Source: Bacillota bacterium
GTDB taxonomy: Bacteria; Bacillota; Clostridia; Peptostreptococcales; Anaerovoracaceae
Direction: 5' to 3'
Length of the DNA stretch: 64,000 nt
NCBI GenBank assembly: GCA_017431785.1
Contig: JAFRKJ010000044.1
Span: 3,346 to 67,345, forward strand
Below, one piece after another: positions 40,935-51,070 of this stretch; position 1 is the stretch's first letter, and every line of letters begins with the position of its first letter. The notes beneath the pieces were generated by a model. The model was not told where the DNA came from. It saw nothing but the letters and a program-made list of their open reading frames with translations, and did no database searches. The position numbers and the translations under genes are program-made.

Positions 40935-42299
40935 TTATCTCTTGTTGGACCGTTTCCAGATCCCCTGCTTTTCAGCCGCTTTGATGAGTTCTTCACGGAA
41001 CTGCGGGTGCGCGATGCTGATCATGAGTTCCGCCCTCTCCCACGTGTTCCTGCCGGCCAGGTTGACTTTGCCCTGATCGGTGACGATGAAGTGGGACATG
41101 GAACGCGGCGTCGTTACGATCTCGCCGGCAGAGAAGTACGGCTTGATGTTGCTGTGGAGATTGCCGTCTTTGTCTTTGTAGGCGCTGTTCATGCACAGGA
41201 AGGCCTTGCCGCCCGGTGACTTGTAGGCACCTTCGACGAAGTCGACCTGTCCACCCGTACCGGAAATCTGTCTTGTGCCGACGCTTTCTGAGCACACCTG
41301 TCCATACAGGTCTGCGCTGACGCATCCGTTGATGGCGATGACATTGCTCAGCTGTCCGATAACATTCGGATCGTTGACGTGGCTGACCATGTCGCCGCAG
41401 CACTCCGGATTGTCATTCAACCAGTCGTACAGACTCTGGCTTCCGGCGCAGATGCCGAATACACTTCTGCCCTGGTATACTTCCTTATATTTATTTGTCA
41501 GTTTCCCTTGCTCATACAGGTTGAAGAATGCATCAGTGATCAGCTCGCTGTGGCATCCCAGATCCTGAATGTCCGACTTCGCCAGGTGCTCGCCCAGAAT
41601 GTTCGGCATTCCGCCGACGCCCAGCTGCAGCACAGCTCTCTCGGGAATCTCCGGTGCGATGAAATCCGCAATGGCTACTTCCTCCGGGCTTGGCGGCGGT
41701 GATTTGATTTCCACCATCGGGTGATGCTCTCCTTCGACAATGATGTCTACCTCACTGATGTGGATTCTATTGGCGTCGATGCCCTGTGCCAGTCGTTCGC
41801 TGATATTGCGGACTCGCGGCAGCCGTTCGTTGACTTCCAGTATGACGATATCCGCCGCATCCAGAACCGGCTTCGCCGTCGCAACCGCAAAGTGCAGGTT
41901 GAAGTATCCTTCGTCGTCCATCGGCGAGACGCACATCATGGCGACGTTGACTTTGCAGTAGCCCAGCTGATAGAAACTACTCTGGTTCCGATACATCATC
42001 GGCGTATGGCTGATCAGCCCCTGGTTCCAGTATTTTCTCTCGATGCCGGCTGTGTACCAGCTGTGGTAGGTGAAGCTCTCTCGCTCCGGATCCTGTTCCA
42101 CGATCTGCAGCGGCTCGAACATGAAATATCCTCTGCAGTTGACGTCCTTCAATTCACCTTTGCGCTTCGCCAGTGCGGCGTCCAAAAGCACCGGCTGACC
42201 CTGTGAAATCGTGTAGTCGATCCAGTCTCCGTCCTTAACGACCTGTACGGCCTCTTCCGGTGTTTTCAGTTTGCTTTTGTACTCGTCGTAAATGCTCAT
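40935..42299 (-). CDS. Acyl-CoA:acetate CoA-transferase (But/Cat2 family)
   Basis: EYKSKLKTPEEAV, LQLGVGGMP, HSE (catalytic Glu), QISGTGGQVDF, ISIAHPQFRE. Confidence 0.88.
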   Translation of the reverse strand: MSIYDEYKSKLKTPEEAVQVVKDGDWIDYTISQGQPVLLDAALAKRKGELKDVNCRGYFMFEPLQIVEQDPERESFTYHSWYTAGIERKYWNQGLISHTPMMYRNQSSFYQLGYCKVNVAMMCVSPMDDEGYFNLHFAVATAKPVLDAADIVILEVNERLPRVRNISERLAQGIDANRIHISEVDIIVEGEHHPMVEIKSPPPSPEEVAIADFIAPEIPERAVLQLGVGGMPNILGEHLAKSDIQDLGCHSELITDAFFNLYEQGKLTNKYKEVYQGRSVFGICAGSQSLYDWLNDNPECCGDMVSHVNDPNVIGQLSNVIAINGCVSADLYGQVCSESVGTRQISGTGGQVDFVEGAYKSPGGKAFLCMNSAYKDKDGNLHSNIKPYFSAGEIVTTPRSMSHFIVTDQGKVNLAGRNTWERAELMISIAHPQFREELIKAAEKQGIWKRSNKR

Positions 42300-42494
42300 G
42301 CTATTATCCCTTCTCTATTAATAACGCGCAAACTTTACCACAGTTCCGCATTAAAAGTCAACTGCTCCCGTGCAACTCATGCCTGTTTTTCCGTAAAAAT
42401 CAATGATTTGTAAAAAACATAACAAAATTTGTTTTGAATATACAATAAAATTAAAAACTATTTGTTCGTAAAAACATAAAATCAATATTTCCTC

Positions 42495-42522
42495 TTGCAT
42501 TTGGCTGATGTTCCTATATAAT
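42495..42522 (+). promoter_or_regulatory. sigmaA promoter of ilvBNCD
   Basis: TTGCAT-N16-TATAAT, followed by two short leader hairpins. Confidence 0.55.
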
Positions 42523-42597
42523 TGTAGATGCACGCATACGTGCACGGCGCGAACACCTCGCGCCGTCATCCAAAACACATAGAAAGGACTGAATAAC

Positions 42598-44262
42598 ATG
42601 CGCTTAAACGGTTCAGAGCTAGTTATGGAAGTGCTGCTCGAGCACGGTGTGGATACCGTCTTCGGTTATCCCGGTGGTGCAGCGCTCAACATCTATGACG
42701 CACTCTACAAGTATTCAGACAAAATCAATCACGTTATGACAGCCCACGAACAGGGCGCTTCCCATGCGGCCGACGGGTTTGCCAGAGCAACCGGCAAGAC
42801 CGGCGTCGTCATCGCAACAAGCGGTCCTGGTGCGACCAATCTGACAACAGGCATTGCAACTGCCTTTATGGACAGTATCCCGATGGTGGCGATCACAGCT
42901 AATGTTCCCGATAATCTCATCGGACGTGACGCCTTCCAGGAAGTTGCCATCTCCAACATTACGATTCCGATCACGAAGCACACATACCTCGTCAGGAACA
43001 TCAACAATCTGGAGTCGGCCCTCCGCAACGCATTCAGAATCGCCAACAGCGGACGCAAAGGCCCCGTACTCGTGGATATCACCAAGGACGTCACGGCAGC
43101 GACAATCAACTACAAGCCGGGCAAACCAATGGAAATCAACCCTACCCCTTCCTTTACAGAAGCGCAAGTGCAGCATGTCGCTGATATGATCAACGTAGCA
43201 GAACGTCCGGTCATCTACTGCGGCGGCGGTGTTGCATCCTGTAACGCAGCGGAGGAACTGAACGAGCTTATGGCGAAGGCAGACATTCCGGCGGCACACA
43301 CGCTGATGTCAGCAGGCTGTGTCGGATATGACAATCCTCGCTCTTTGGGCATGGGCGGAATGCACGGAACCATCGCGGCGAACAAGGCCATGGATAGAGC
43401 TGATCTTCTGATTGCACTCGGCGCTCGTTTCAGCGACAGAGTCGCCCTGGCTCCGGAGAGATTCGGCAAGCGCGCCAAGAAGATCCACGTGGACATCGAT
43501 GCCAGCGAAATCAACAAGAATGTCATCGTCGACTGCGGTGTCACGGCAGATGTCAAAGAATTCCTGACCGCCCTCCTTCCAAAAATCAAAGACAAGGACC
43601 GCAGTGAATGGGTCAGCCTGGCCATGGGATGGAAAGCCAAGACCGGCGACGTGAAGAGCGCTGCTGCTGATCTCCACCCAAGTGAGATCATCGGCATCGT
43701 TGGCGATATGACAGATAAAGATACCGTTTATGTAACGGACGTTGGACAGCACCAGATGTGGGCGGCCCAGTACCTGAAGCACCAGAAGACCAAGCGTTTC
43801 ATCACAAGCGGCGGACTTGGCACTATGGGATTCGGTTACGGCGCAGCCATCGGTGCCAGTTTCGGGCTTCCTGACTGCAGGATCATACACTTTACAGGAG
43901 ACGGATCCTTCCACATGAATCTCAACGAAGCATGCACCGCAGTTAGCCAGAAGCTGCCGATCATCACAATCATCATGAACAACCAGGTTCTCGGCATGGT
44001 CTACCAGTGGCAGGATGTCTTCTACAACGGCAGACACTCAGCGACAGACCCCGGACGCACCACCAACTTCCCTGCCCTCGCAGAGGCCTTCGGCGCACGG
44101 GGATTCCACGCAGAGACTCCGGACGAATTCGCTGCTGCCTTTGCAGAAGCATTGAAAGAGACAGATCGTCCGGTATGGATCGACTGCCACATCGCCAAGG
44201 ACGAATTCGTTCTTCCGATGATCCCGGCAGGCGGAACCGTCGAGGACATGATCATAGGATAA
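42598..44262 (+). CDS. ilvB: Acetolactate synthase large subunit, paralog 2
   Basis: [38 protein letters not shown]. Confidence 0.93.
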   Translation: MRLNGSELVMEVLLEHGVDTVFGYPGGAALNIYDALYKYSDKINHVMTAHEQGASHAADGFARATGKTGVVIATSGPGATNLTTGIATAFMDSIPMVAITANVPDNLIGRDAFQEVAISNITIPITKHTYLVRNINNLESALRNAFRIANSGRKGPVLVDITKDVTAATINYKPGKPMEINPTPSFTEAQVQHVADMINVAERPVIYCGGGVASCNAAEELNELMAKADIPAAHTLMSAGCVGYDNPRSLGMGGMHGTIAANKAMDRADLLIALGARFSDRVALAPERFGKRAKKIHVDIDASEINKNVIVDCGVTADVKEFLTALLPKIKDKDRSEWVSLAMGWKAKTGDVKSAAADLHPSEIIGIVGDMTDKDTVYVTDVGQHQMWAAQYLKHQKTKRFITSGGLGTMGFGYGAAIGASFGLPDCRIIHFTGDGSFHMNLNEACTAVSQKLPIITIIMNNQVLGMVYQWQDVFYNGRHSATDPGRTTNFPALAEAFGARGFHAETPDEFAAAFAEALKETDRPVWIDCHIAKDEFVLPMIPAGGTVEDMIIG

Positions 44263-44272
44263 GGAGGATACA

Positions 44273-44779
44273 ATGGACAACAACGAAAGAACCGGCGTAT
44301 TCAGCATGCTGGTAACAAATGAGGCTGGTGTCGCGGCAAGACTGACCGCGCTTTACGCCCGCCGCGGTTACAACATCGATTCATTTACTGCCTCACCGAC
44401 CAACGACCCGAAACTGACCAGAATCACTCTGGTGCTCACGGGCGACGACCGCAAATTCAACCAGATTTTCACACAGACTGCCAAGCAGGAATTTGTCAAA
44501 TCGATTTCACTCATGGAAGATGCGGATCTGTACAGAGAGCTTCTTCTTCTGAAGATCAAAGCATCGAAGAAGGAACGTTCCGAAATCAAAGAAATCGTCG
44601 ACATCTACCGCGGACGCATCGTCGACCTGTCAAACAGGAGCCTGATTGTTGAGGTCACGGGAGAATCCGCGAAGATCGACGGCTTCATGAACATGATGGC
44701 GAGCTATAAACTGGTAGACGTCTGCCGTACCGGCATCACCGGACTCAAGCGCGGCGACAGAGGCCTGGACGAAGAGTAA
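44273..44779 (+). CDS. ilvN: Acetolactate synthase small subunit, paralog 2
   Basis: ACT domain NEAGVAARLTALYARRGYNIDS; RELLLLKI; RTGITGLKRG. Confidence 0.88.
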   Translation: MDNNERTGVFSMLVTNEAGVAARLTALYARRGYNIDSFTASPTNDPKLTRITLVLTGDDRKFNQIFTQTAKQEFVKSISLMEDADLYRELLLLKIKASKKERSEIKEIVDIYRGRIVDLSNRSLIVEVTGESAKIDGFMNMMASYKLVDVCRTGITGLKRGDRGLDEE

Positions 44780-44817
44780 AGAATGGGAACACATCACCCT
44801 GAAAGGAGATAAAAAAA

Positions 44818-45813
44818 ATGATCAAAAAGTATTACGACATGGATTGTAACTTAGGAATGCTGGACGGCAAGACCATCGCTATCATCGGCTTTGGTTCACA
44901 GGGTCACGCCCACGCAATGAACCTGAATGAAAGCGGCTGCAACGTAGTAGTTGGCCTCCGTCCTGGTTCATCTCATACTGCAAAGGCAGAAGCTGCCGGT
45001 CTGAAAGTACTGGACATCGAGGAAGCTGCTGAGGCAGGCGACATCGTTATGATGCTCGTTCCGGACGAGTTGGCAGCACAGGTTTACAGAGAGCAGGTTG
45101 CTCCGCACATGAAGGAAGGCGATGTACTTTGCTTCGCTCATGGATTCAACATCCACTTCAACCAGGTCATCCCTGCTGACTATCTGGACGTTATCATGAT
45201 CGCGCCGAAGGGCCCTGGCCACACAGTTAGAAGCCAGTACCTGGAAGGCAGAGGCGTTCCGTCCCTGATCGCTGTTTATCAGGATGCATCCGGAAAAGCT
45301 AAGGACTATGCTCTGGCATATGCTTCCGGAATCGGCGCAGGCCGCGCAGGCATTCTCGAAACTACATTCAAAGAAGAAACAGAAACTGACCTCTTCGGTG
45401 AGCAGTGCGTACTCTGCGGCGGCGTAACCGAACTGATGAAGGCAGGATTTGATACACTGGTAGAAGCCGGCTATGCTCCTGAGATGGCGTACTTTGAGTG
45501 CATCCACGAGATGAAGCTGATCGTAGACCTGATCAACGAAGGCGGTTTCGACAAGATGAGATACTCCATCTCCAACACTGCAGAATACGGTGACTACAGA
45601 ACAGGTAAGCGTCTGATCACCGAGGACACTCGCGCAGAGATGCGTCAGGTTCTCTCCGAAATTCAGGACGGTTCCTTTGCTTCCGAATTCATCCAGGAAT
45701 TCAACGCCGGCGGAAAGGCTCGCTTCCTGGCAACTCGTAAGAAGGAAGCTTCCCACCTGCTCTGCTCAGTAGGCGCAGAACTGCGTAAGATGATGAGCTG
45801 GCTGCAGAAATAA
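44818..45813 (+). CDS. ilvC: Ketol-acid reductoisomerase
   Basis: [45 protein letters not shown]. Confidence 0.97.
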   Translation: MIKKYYDMDCNLGMLDGKTIAIIGFGSQGHAHAMNLNESGCNVVVGLRPGSSHTAKAEAAGLKVLDIEEAAEAGDIVMMLVPDELAAQVYREQVAPHMKEGDVLCFAHGFNIHFNQVIPADYLDVIMIAPKGPGHTVRSQYLEGRGVPSLIAVYQDASGKAKDYALAYASGIGAGRAGILETTFKEETETDLFGEQCVLCGGVTELMKAGFDTLVEAGYAPEMAYFECIHEMKLIVDLINEGGFDKMRYSISNTAEYGDYRTGKRLITEDTRAEMRQVLSEIQDGSFASEFIQEFNAGGKARFLATRKKEASHLLCSVGAELRKMMSWLQK

Positions 45814-45845
45814 CAGCAGCTGCGAAGCAAGAAAAGGAAAAGGAA

Positions 45846-47504
45846 ATGAGAAGTGATAATGTAAAGAAAGGCGCAGAACGCGCTCCAAACAGGAGTCTGT
45901 TCTACGCAATGGGATACACAAAGGAAGAACTGGAGCGCCCACTGATCGGCGTTGTCAGCGCAAAGAGCGAAATCGTTCCGGGTCACATCCATCTGGATAA
46001 GGTCGCAGAAGCTGTAAAAGCCGGCATCCGCATGGCGGGCGGCACTCCAATCGAAGTCCCGGCCATCGGCGTATGCGACGGCATCGCCATGGGTCATCTG
46101 GGAATGAAGTATTCCCTGGCCAGCCGTGAACTGATTGCAGACAGCGTAGAGACCATGACCATCGCGCATGGATTTGACGGTCTGGTACTCATCCCGAACT
46201 GTGACAAAATCGTTCCGGGAATGATCATGGCAGCCGTTCGTATGAACATCCCTGCTGTTGTTTGTTCCGGCGGCCCGATGATGAGCGGTCTGGTAGGCGG
46301 CGAAGAGACGTCCCTCTCCAAGATGTTCGAAGCAGTCGGCGCATATAAGGCCGGCATGATCGACGAAGCAGGCTTGCTTGAGTACGAAGAAAATGTCTGC
46401 CCTGGCTGCGGCTCCTGCTCCGGCATGTACACAGCCAACAGCATCAACTGTCTGGCCGAAGCAGTCGGTATCGCTCTTCCTGGAAACGGCACCATCCCTG
46501 CAGTCCACTCAGGACGTATGCTTTTGGCGAAGCATGCAGGCATGGCCATCATGAACCTGGTCGAAAAAGACATCAAGGCGCGCGACATCATCAATGAAAA
46601 GTCACTGCGTAACGCTCTCGCATGCGATATGGCCCTGGGATGCTCGTCAAACACAGTGCTGCATCTCCTGGCAATCGCAAATGAAGCAGAAGTTGATTTT
46701 GACCTTCATCTGTTCAACGAATACAGCGGCAAGGTTCCGAACCTCTGTCATCTGGCACCTGCCGGCCCGACCCACATGCACGACCTGAACAACGCAGGCG
46801 GACTTCCGGCGGTTCTGGCAGAGCTGGATAAGATCGGCGTAATTGATACCTCCCTGATTACAGCGACCGGTAAAACCGTTGCTGAGAATATCGCAGGTGC
46901 GCATATTAAGGATGAAAACTGCATCCGTCCTGTTTCCAATCCATATAGCGAAACAGGCGGCATCGCGATCATGTGGGGCAACATCGCCCAGGACGGCTGC
47001 GTAGTAAAGCGCAGCGCTGTCGATCCATCCATGCTGAAGCACTCCGGACCTGCCCGCGTCTTCGACAGTGAAGATGATGCGATTGCAGCGATCTATGCAG
47101 GCAAAATCGTCGACGGCGACGTCGTCATCATCCGCTACGAAGGGCCAAAGGGCGGTCCAGGTATGAGAGAGATGCTCAATCCGACCAGCGCCCTCGCAGG
47201 CATGAAGCTGGACAAGACCGTCGCACTCATCACAGACGGACGTTTCAGCGGCGCATCCCGTGGCGCATCCATCGGACACGTTTGTCCGGAAGCGGCTATG
47301 GGAGGCAACATTGGTCTCCTCCGTGAAGGAGACATCATCGACATTGATATTCCGGGCGCTTCCATCAACGCCCGCGTGACCGATGAAGAATTCGAAGCAC
47401 GCCGCGCAGATTACGAAGCCCCTGCCCCAACTGTTACCAGCGGATGGCTCGTACGCTATGCCCGCTATGTACAACCGGCAGCACAGGGCGCCGTGATGAA
47501 GTAA
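45846..47504 (+). CDS. ilvD: Dihydroxy-acid dehydratase
   Basis: [44 protein letters not shown]. Confidence 0.97.
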   Translation: MRSDNVKKGAERAPNRSLFYAMGYTKEELERPLIGVVSAKSEIVPGHIHLDKVAEAVKAGIRMAGGTPIEVPAIGVCDGIAMGHLGMKYSLASRELIADSVETMTIAHGFDGLVLIPNCDKIVPGMIMAAVRMNIPAVVCSGGPMMSGLVGGEETSLSKMFEAVGAYKAGMIDEAGLLEYEENVCPGCGSCSGMYTANSINCLAEAVGIALPGNGTIPAVHSGRMLLAKHAGMAIMNLVEKDIKARDIINEKSLRNALACDMALGCSSNTVLHLLAIANEAEVDFDLHLFNEYSGKVPNLCHLAPAGPTHMHDLNNAGGLPAVLAELDKIGVIDTSLITATGKTVAENIAGAHIKDENCIRPVSNPYSETGGIAIMWGNIAQDGCVVKRSAVDPSMLKHSGPARVFDSEDDAIAAIYAGKIVDGDVVIIRYEGPKGGPGMREMLNPTSALAGMKLDKTVALITDGRFSGASRGASIGHVCPEAAMGGNIGLLREGDIIDIDIPGASINARVTDEEFEARRADYEAPAPTVTSGWLVRYARYVQPAAQGAVMK

Positions 47505-47526
47505 GTCTGACAAACAACCAAGAAAT

Positions 47527-47567
47527 AAAAAATCAGAGATCCACGTGGCTGGATCTCTGATTTTTTT
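47527..47567. terminator. Bidirectional terminator (ilvD on +, candidate sRNA on -)
   Basis: aaaaaatcagagatcc-N8-ggatctctgattttttt. Confidence 0.88.
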
Positions 47568-47769
47568 CAAGGATGTAAAGGTTAATACCCTTTCTTTTCC
47601 CTTTTGTTTCATGCGGTAATCTGAGTGTTTAACTTTTGATTTGCAGAATCAGTTAGTTGTTAATGAGGCAAATTATTTTTATTAAGTGTGGTGGATAGGA
47701 GGATAACCGCATGAGTAAAATGTATATCCCCTCTCGGGTTTGTCTTGGTTAGTCGTTACTAACCTTTCT
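47527..47769 (-). ncRNA. Candidate ~240-nt small RNA, putatively metal-repressed
   Basis: Perfect promoter upstream, terminator downstream, no credible ORF inside, internal 13-bp stem and a CCUCCU segment. Confidence 0.65.
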
Positions 47770-47804
47770 GATGCCATTATAAGTTAGTCTATGCTAACTG
47801 TCAA
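47747..47804 (-). promoter_or_regulatory. Consensus sigmaA promoter with two GTTAG-N6-CTAAC operators
   Basis: TTGACA (47799-47804)-N17-TATAAT (47776-47781); AGTTAGTCTATGCTAACT fills the spacer; GGTTAGTCGTTACTAACC at 47747-47764. Confidence 0.85.
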
Positions 47805-47862
47805 TAGTTATTTTCATTTTTTTCACAGTTTTTGTAAGAAATCAGGATCAAATACAAAAACT

Positions 47863-47891
47863 AAAACAGTGCGGCCATGACAGCCGCACTG
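47863..47891 (-). terminator. Terminator of the aminotransferase operon
   Basis: cagtgcggc-N7-gccgcactg followed by TTTT on the - strand. Confidence 0.75.
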
Positions 47892-47925
47892 CTTGATTTG
47901 CAAAGGACTATTATACTAATTTGAC

Positions 47926-49251
47926 TTAGATCATTGCATCTACTGCATCCAGAACCTTGTCAACCTTAGCCATTTCTTCTACCAGCTGCTCTTCAGTGAT
48001 GATGAGCGGTGGAGTTACTACGAACATGTTCTCATGTGAATATGTCCAGAATCCGTCAGCCTTCAGCATGCCGATGATCTTAGGCATAATGCCTTCTGGG
48101 TCCTTGCCGAATGGTACCAGCGGTTCTCTGGTTTCCTTATCCTTAACGAGCTCGATTGCTGAGAACAGACCGATGTGTCTAACCTGTCCTACGCAAGGGT
48201 GCTTGTCTACATAACCGTCGAGGATCTCAGCCAGCTTAGCGCTTACAGGCTTCATCTTGTTCTCGATGTCGAGATCCTGGTATTCCTTGATTGTAGCTAC
48301 TGCAGCTGCGCAGCCCATTGGATGAGCTGAGTAAGTCAGTCCGCAACCCATTACTGTGTTGTCGAAGTGCTTAGCAATCTTAGGGGATACAACAGCTCCG
48401 CCGAGAGGAACATAACCGCAAGTTACGCCCTTAGCGAATGTGATCATGTCTGGCTGATATTCGAAGTTCATGTAAGCGAATGCCTTACCAGTTCTGAACC
48501 ATCCAGCCATAACTTCGTCTGCAACCATGAGGATTTCATACTTGTCGCAGAGAGCTCTTACGCCCTGATACCACTTCTTAGGAGCGATCAGAACGCCGTT
48601 TGAACCTACTACTGATTCGAGCCAGATTGCTGCGATCTGTTCAGGTCCCTCATACAGGATCTGGTTTTCCAGCAGCTCGAGGTAGAAATCAGCTACATCG
48701 TCATCGTTCTCGAACTTGCAAGCCTTAGGTGCTCTGTAAGCATAAGGTCCATCATACTTAACGAATCCAGGGCCGCCCGGCTCGTTGAAGAAGTGTCTTG
48801 GCTCACCAGTCAGCATGCCAGCGCCTGCGGATGAACCGTGGTAGCATCTGTACTGTGAGAAGATCTTCCACTTGCCAGTGTACTGACGAGCGATCTTGAT
48901 AGCGTTTTCGTTAGCTTCTGCACCAGCGTTGGTGAAGAATACTTTTGATCCTTCTGGGAATCCTGAGATTTTAACTACTGCTTCAGCAGCGTCTGCTCTG
49001 CAGTCCATTGCGAATGCAGGTCCCATGAACGGAATCTTCTGAGCCTGTTCAACGATAGCATCTACGATAGCCTTGTTGCCATGTCCCAGGTTTGAGTTAA
49101 CCAGCTGTGATGACATGTCTGCATACTTCTTGCCATCTTCATCCCAGAAGTAGATTCCTTCTGCCTTGGTAACAACGATAGGGTTCAGAGCGCCCTGTGC
49201 TGACCATGAATGCAGATTGTACTTTAAATCTTTATCTTTAATTGCTGACAT
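47926..49251 (-). CDS. Class III PLP (omega-amino acid) aminotransferase
   Basis: HSWSAQ, DMSSQLVNSNLGH, YHG, ADEVMAGWFRTG, TFAKGVTCGYVPLG, GLTYSAHP. Confidence 0.9.
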   Translation of the reverse strand: MSAIKDKDLKYNLHSWSAQGALNPIVVTKAEGIYFWDEDGKKYADMSSQLVNSNLGHGNKAIVDAIVEQAQKIPFMGPAFAMDCRADAAEAVVKISGFPEGSKVFFTNAGAEANENAIKIARQYTGKWKIFSQYRCYHGSSAGAGMLTGEPRHFFNEPGGPGFVKYDGPYAYRAPKACKFENDDDVADFYLELLENQILYEGPEQIAAIWLESVVGSNGVLIAPKKWYQGVRALCDKYEILMVADEVMAGWFRTGKAFAYMNFEYQPDMITFAKGVTCGYVPLGGAVVSPKIAKHFDNTVMGCGLTYSAHPMGCAAAVATIKEYQDLDIENKMKPVSAKLAEILDGYVDKHPCVGQVRHIGLFSAIELVKDKETREPLVPFGKDPEGIMPKIIGMLKADGFWTYSHENMFVVTPPLIITEEQLVEEMAKVDKVLDAVDAMI

Positions 49252-49362
49252 TTTAATATCTCCTTTTTGTTCCTTTTGTAAAGCCTGTTGAGGCGGACAG
49301 CCTTCCGGCCGTCCGTCTCACAGTTTATTTCATCTTCGTGTATGTTGCTTTTGTACTAGTGA

Positions 49363-50787
49363 TTAAGCATCAACCTTAGCGATTACATCAGCGTCGATGA
49401 AGTCTTCAACCTTAGCTGGCTTCCAGTTAGGAATCTGTCTTGAAACGTAAGTGTAGTTGAGCAGGTCAGCGAATGTAGCGTTGTGGGATACACTGTTGCC
49501 GCCCCAAGTTCCGCAGCCCAGAGTCATGGATACTGGGAATCCGCAGTTCCAGCCACCTGAGTTAGTCAGGCACTGAGGCTGGTTAACAACGCACTTAGTT
49601 ACAGGAGCTGCTGCTGCGAGCTTAGCAACGTCTGCGTCATCGTTAGTGTGGATACCGCAGCTGTGGCCCTTGCCCTGGTAGTCGAGGATTGTGTTCAGTC
49701 TGTCGATAGCATCGTCCAGGTCCTTTACGATCTGTACGCCGGATACTGGTGACAGTTTCTCGCCGCCGAATGGGTGCTCGAGGCTTGCGCCTTCTTCCAT
49801 AGCCATGATGCATCTAGTTCCTGCAGGTACAGGGATACCAGCGATCTTGCCGATTGTTTCGCAGTTCTGAGCTACGATTGCTCTGTTCAGAACGTGGTCA
49901 TTAGGAGTGTTCGGCCACATAGTAACCTTCAGCTTTTCTCTCTCTTCTTCATTGCACATGTAAGCGCCGTGAGCCTTCATCTTCTCTACGAACTCGTCGA
50001 AGCAGGATTCGTAAACGAGGATGTTGTTCTCAGTTGAGCATGAAGTAGCGTTATCATAAGCCTTTGAAGTGCAGATCATTTCTGCTACATCGTCCAGGTC
50101 AGTCTTACCAGTTACGATTGATACGCAGTTACCAACACCAACGCCGATAGCTGGAGTACCGGATGAGTAAGCTGATTCTACGAGTGCTTCGCCGCCTGTT
50201 GCCAGGATGAAGTCGCACTGTGCCATCAGTTCCTGTGAAGTGGAGATCTTAACATATTCAGGAGCACATGTCTGAACCAGATCTTCTGGATATCCGAGCT
50301 TCTTCAGGACTGCTCTGATTTTGTCAACGATTTCAACGTTGAGCTTCTTGCACTTAGGGTGTGGTGCGAGGATGATAGCGTTTCTAGTCTTCAGAGCCAT
50401 GTTTGACTTAACGATAGGAGTTGCCTCACCGTTCGTTACAGGCATGATACCAGCGATAACGCCCATTGGCTTTGCATAAGCCTGCATTCCAGTTTCAGGA
50501 TTGTCTTCTACGAGACCTACGGACTTCTTGTCCTTCATCTGGAGATATGAACCCCAAACCTTACCGATGATCTTGCCTTCCTTGTCAGCAGGGATGCCCA
50601 TTCCGGATTCCTCTACCAGCTTCTCAGCAAATTCCTTGATGTTTTCAGGCTTAGTCAGTTCATAAGTTACTGCTGCTGTCATCAGGTCACAATCTTCCTG
50701 AGTGAAGTTCTCAGCGATCTTCTGAGCTGCTCTTGCTTTAGCAACCAGTCCTTCTACATACTCATGAATGTTCAGTTCTTCTGCCAT
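49363..50787 (-). CDS. CoA-acylating aldehyde dehydrogenase (SauS/SucD/AdhE-N-like)
   Basis: KPMGVIAGIMPVTN, LATGG, GVGVGN, SKAYDNATSCSTEN, GEKLSPV, GHSCGIH, SMTLGCGTWGGNS. Confidence 0.88.
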   Translation of the reverse strand: MAEELNIHEYVEGLVAKARAAQKIAENFTQEDCDLMTAAVTYELTKPENIKEFAEKLVEESGMGIPADKEGKIIGKVWGSYLQMKDKKSVGLVEDNPETGMQAYAKPMGVIAGIMPVTNGEATPIVKSNMALKTRNAIILAPHPKCKKLNVEIVDKIRAVLKKLGYPEDLVQTCAPEYVKISTSQELMAQCDFILATGGEALVESAYSSGTPAIGVGVGNCVSIVTGKTDLDDVAEMICTSKAYDNATSCSTENNILVYESCFDEFVEKMKAHGAYMCNEEEREKLKVTMWPNTPNDHVLNRAIVAQNCETIGKIAGIPVPAGTRCIMAMEEGASLEHPFGGEKLSPVSGVQIVKDLDDAIDRLNTILDYQGKGHSCGIHTNDDADVAKLAAAAPVTKCVVNQPQCLTNSGGWNCGFPVSMTLGCGTWGGNSVSHNATFADLLNYTYVSRQIPNWKPAKVEDFIDADVIAKVDA

Positions 50788-50888
50788 TTTTAATTTCCTC
50801 CTTATTTAATATTATAAAAATGGATTTGGGTTAACGTATTTGTTCCAGTCTTCGGGGAAAGCCCCCCTTCCGACCCGCTTTCATATTA

Positions 50889-50905
50889 AGCAACGACTGT
50901 GCCAA
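50889..50905 (-). promoter_or_regulatory. sigma54 (-24/-12) promoter
   Basis: TTGGCAC-AGTCG-TTGCT matches TGGCAC-N5-TTGC(A/T). Confidence 0.88.
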
Positions 50906-51070
50906 CTCTGTGAAGAATTCTTGTAAACTTCTTCATGCAAAGGCAACAAATCTCGCTTGGCCCTTGCAGCAACTGGGTTTCGCGGGTTTTCAAGGTCGTG
51001 GGATATTTTATCTTCGGCCGGCTGTCTAATCTGAAGTCCGCGCCACGTTCCCGCACTGCGCCTTCGGTTT

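Noticed and set aside
46647-47612. 321-aa - strand ORF starting inside the candidate sRNA
   Set aside because: No SD, crosses a strong terminator, and is otherwise antisense to ilvD.
47527-47769. 6S RNA, tmRNA, SRP or RNase P identity for the sRNA
   Set aside because: I recognise none of their conserved motifs, and operators over the promoter argue for a regulated RNA. An Rfam search is needed to exclude these formally.
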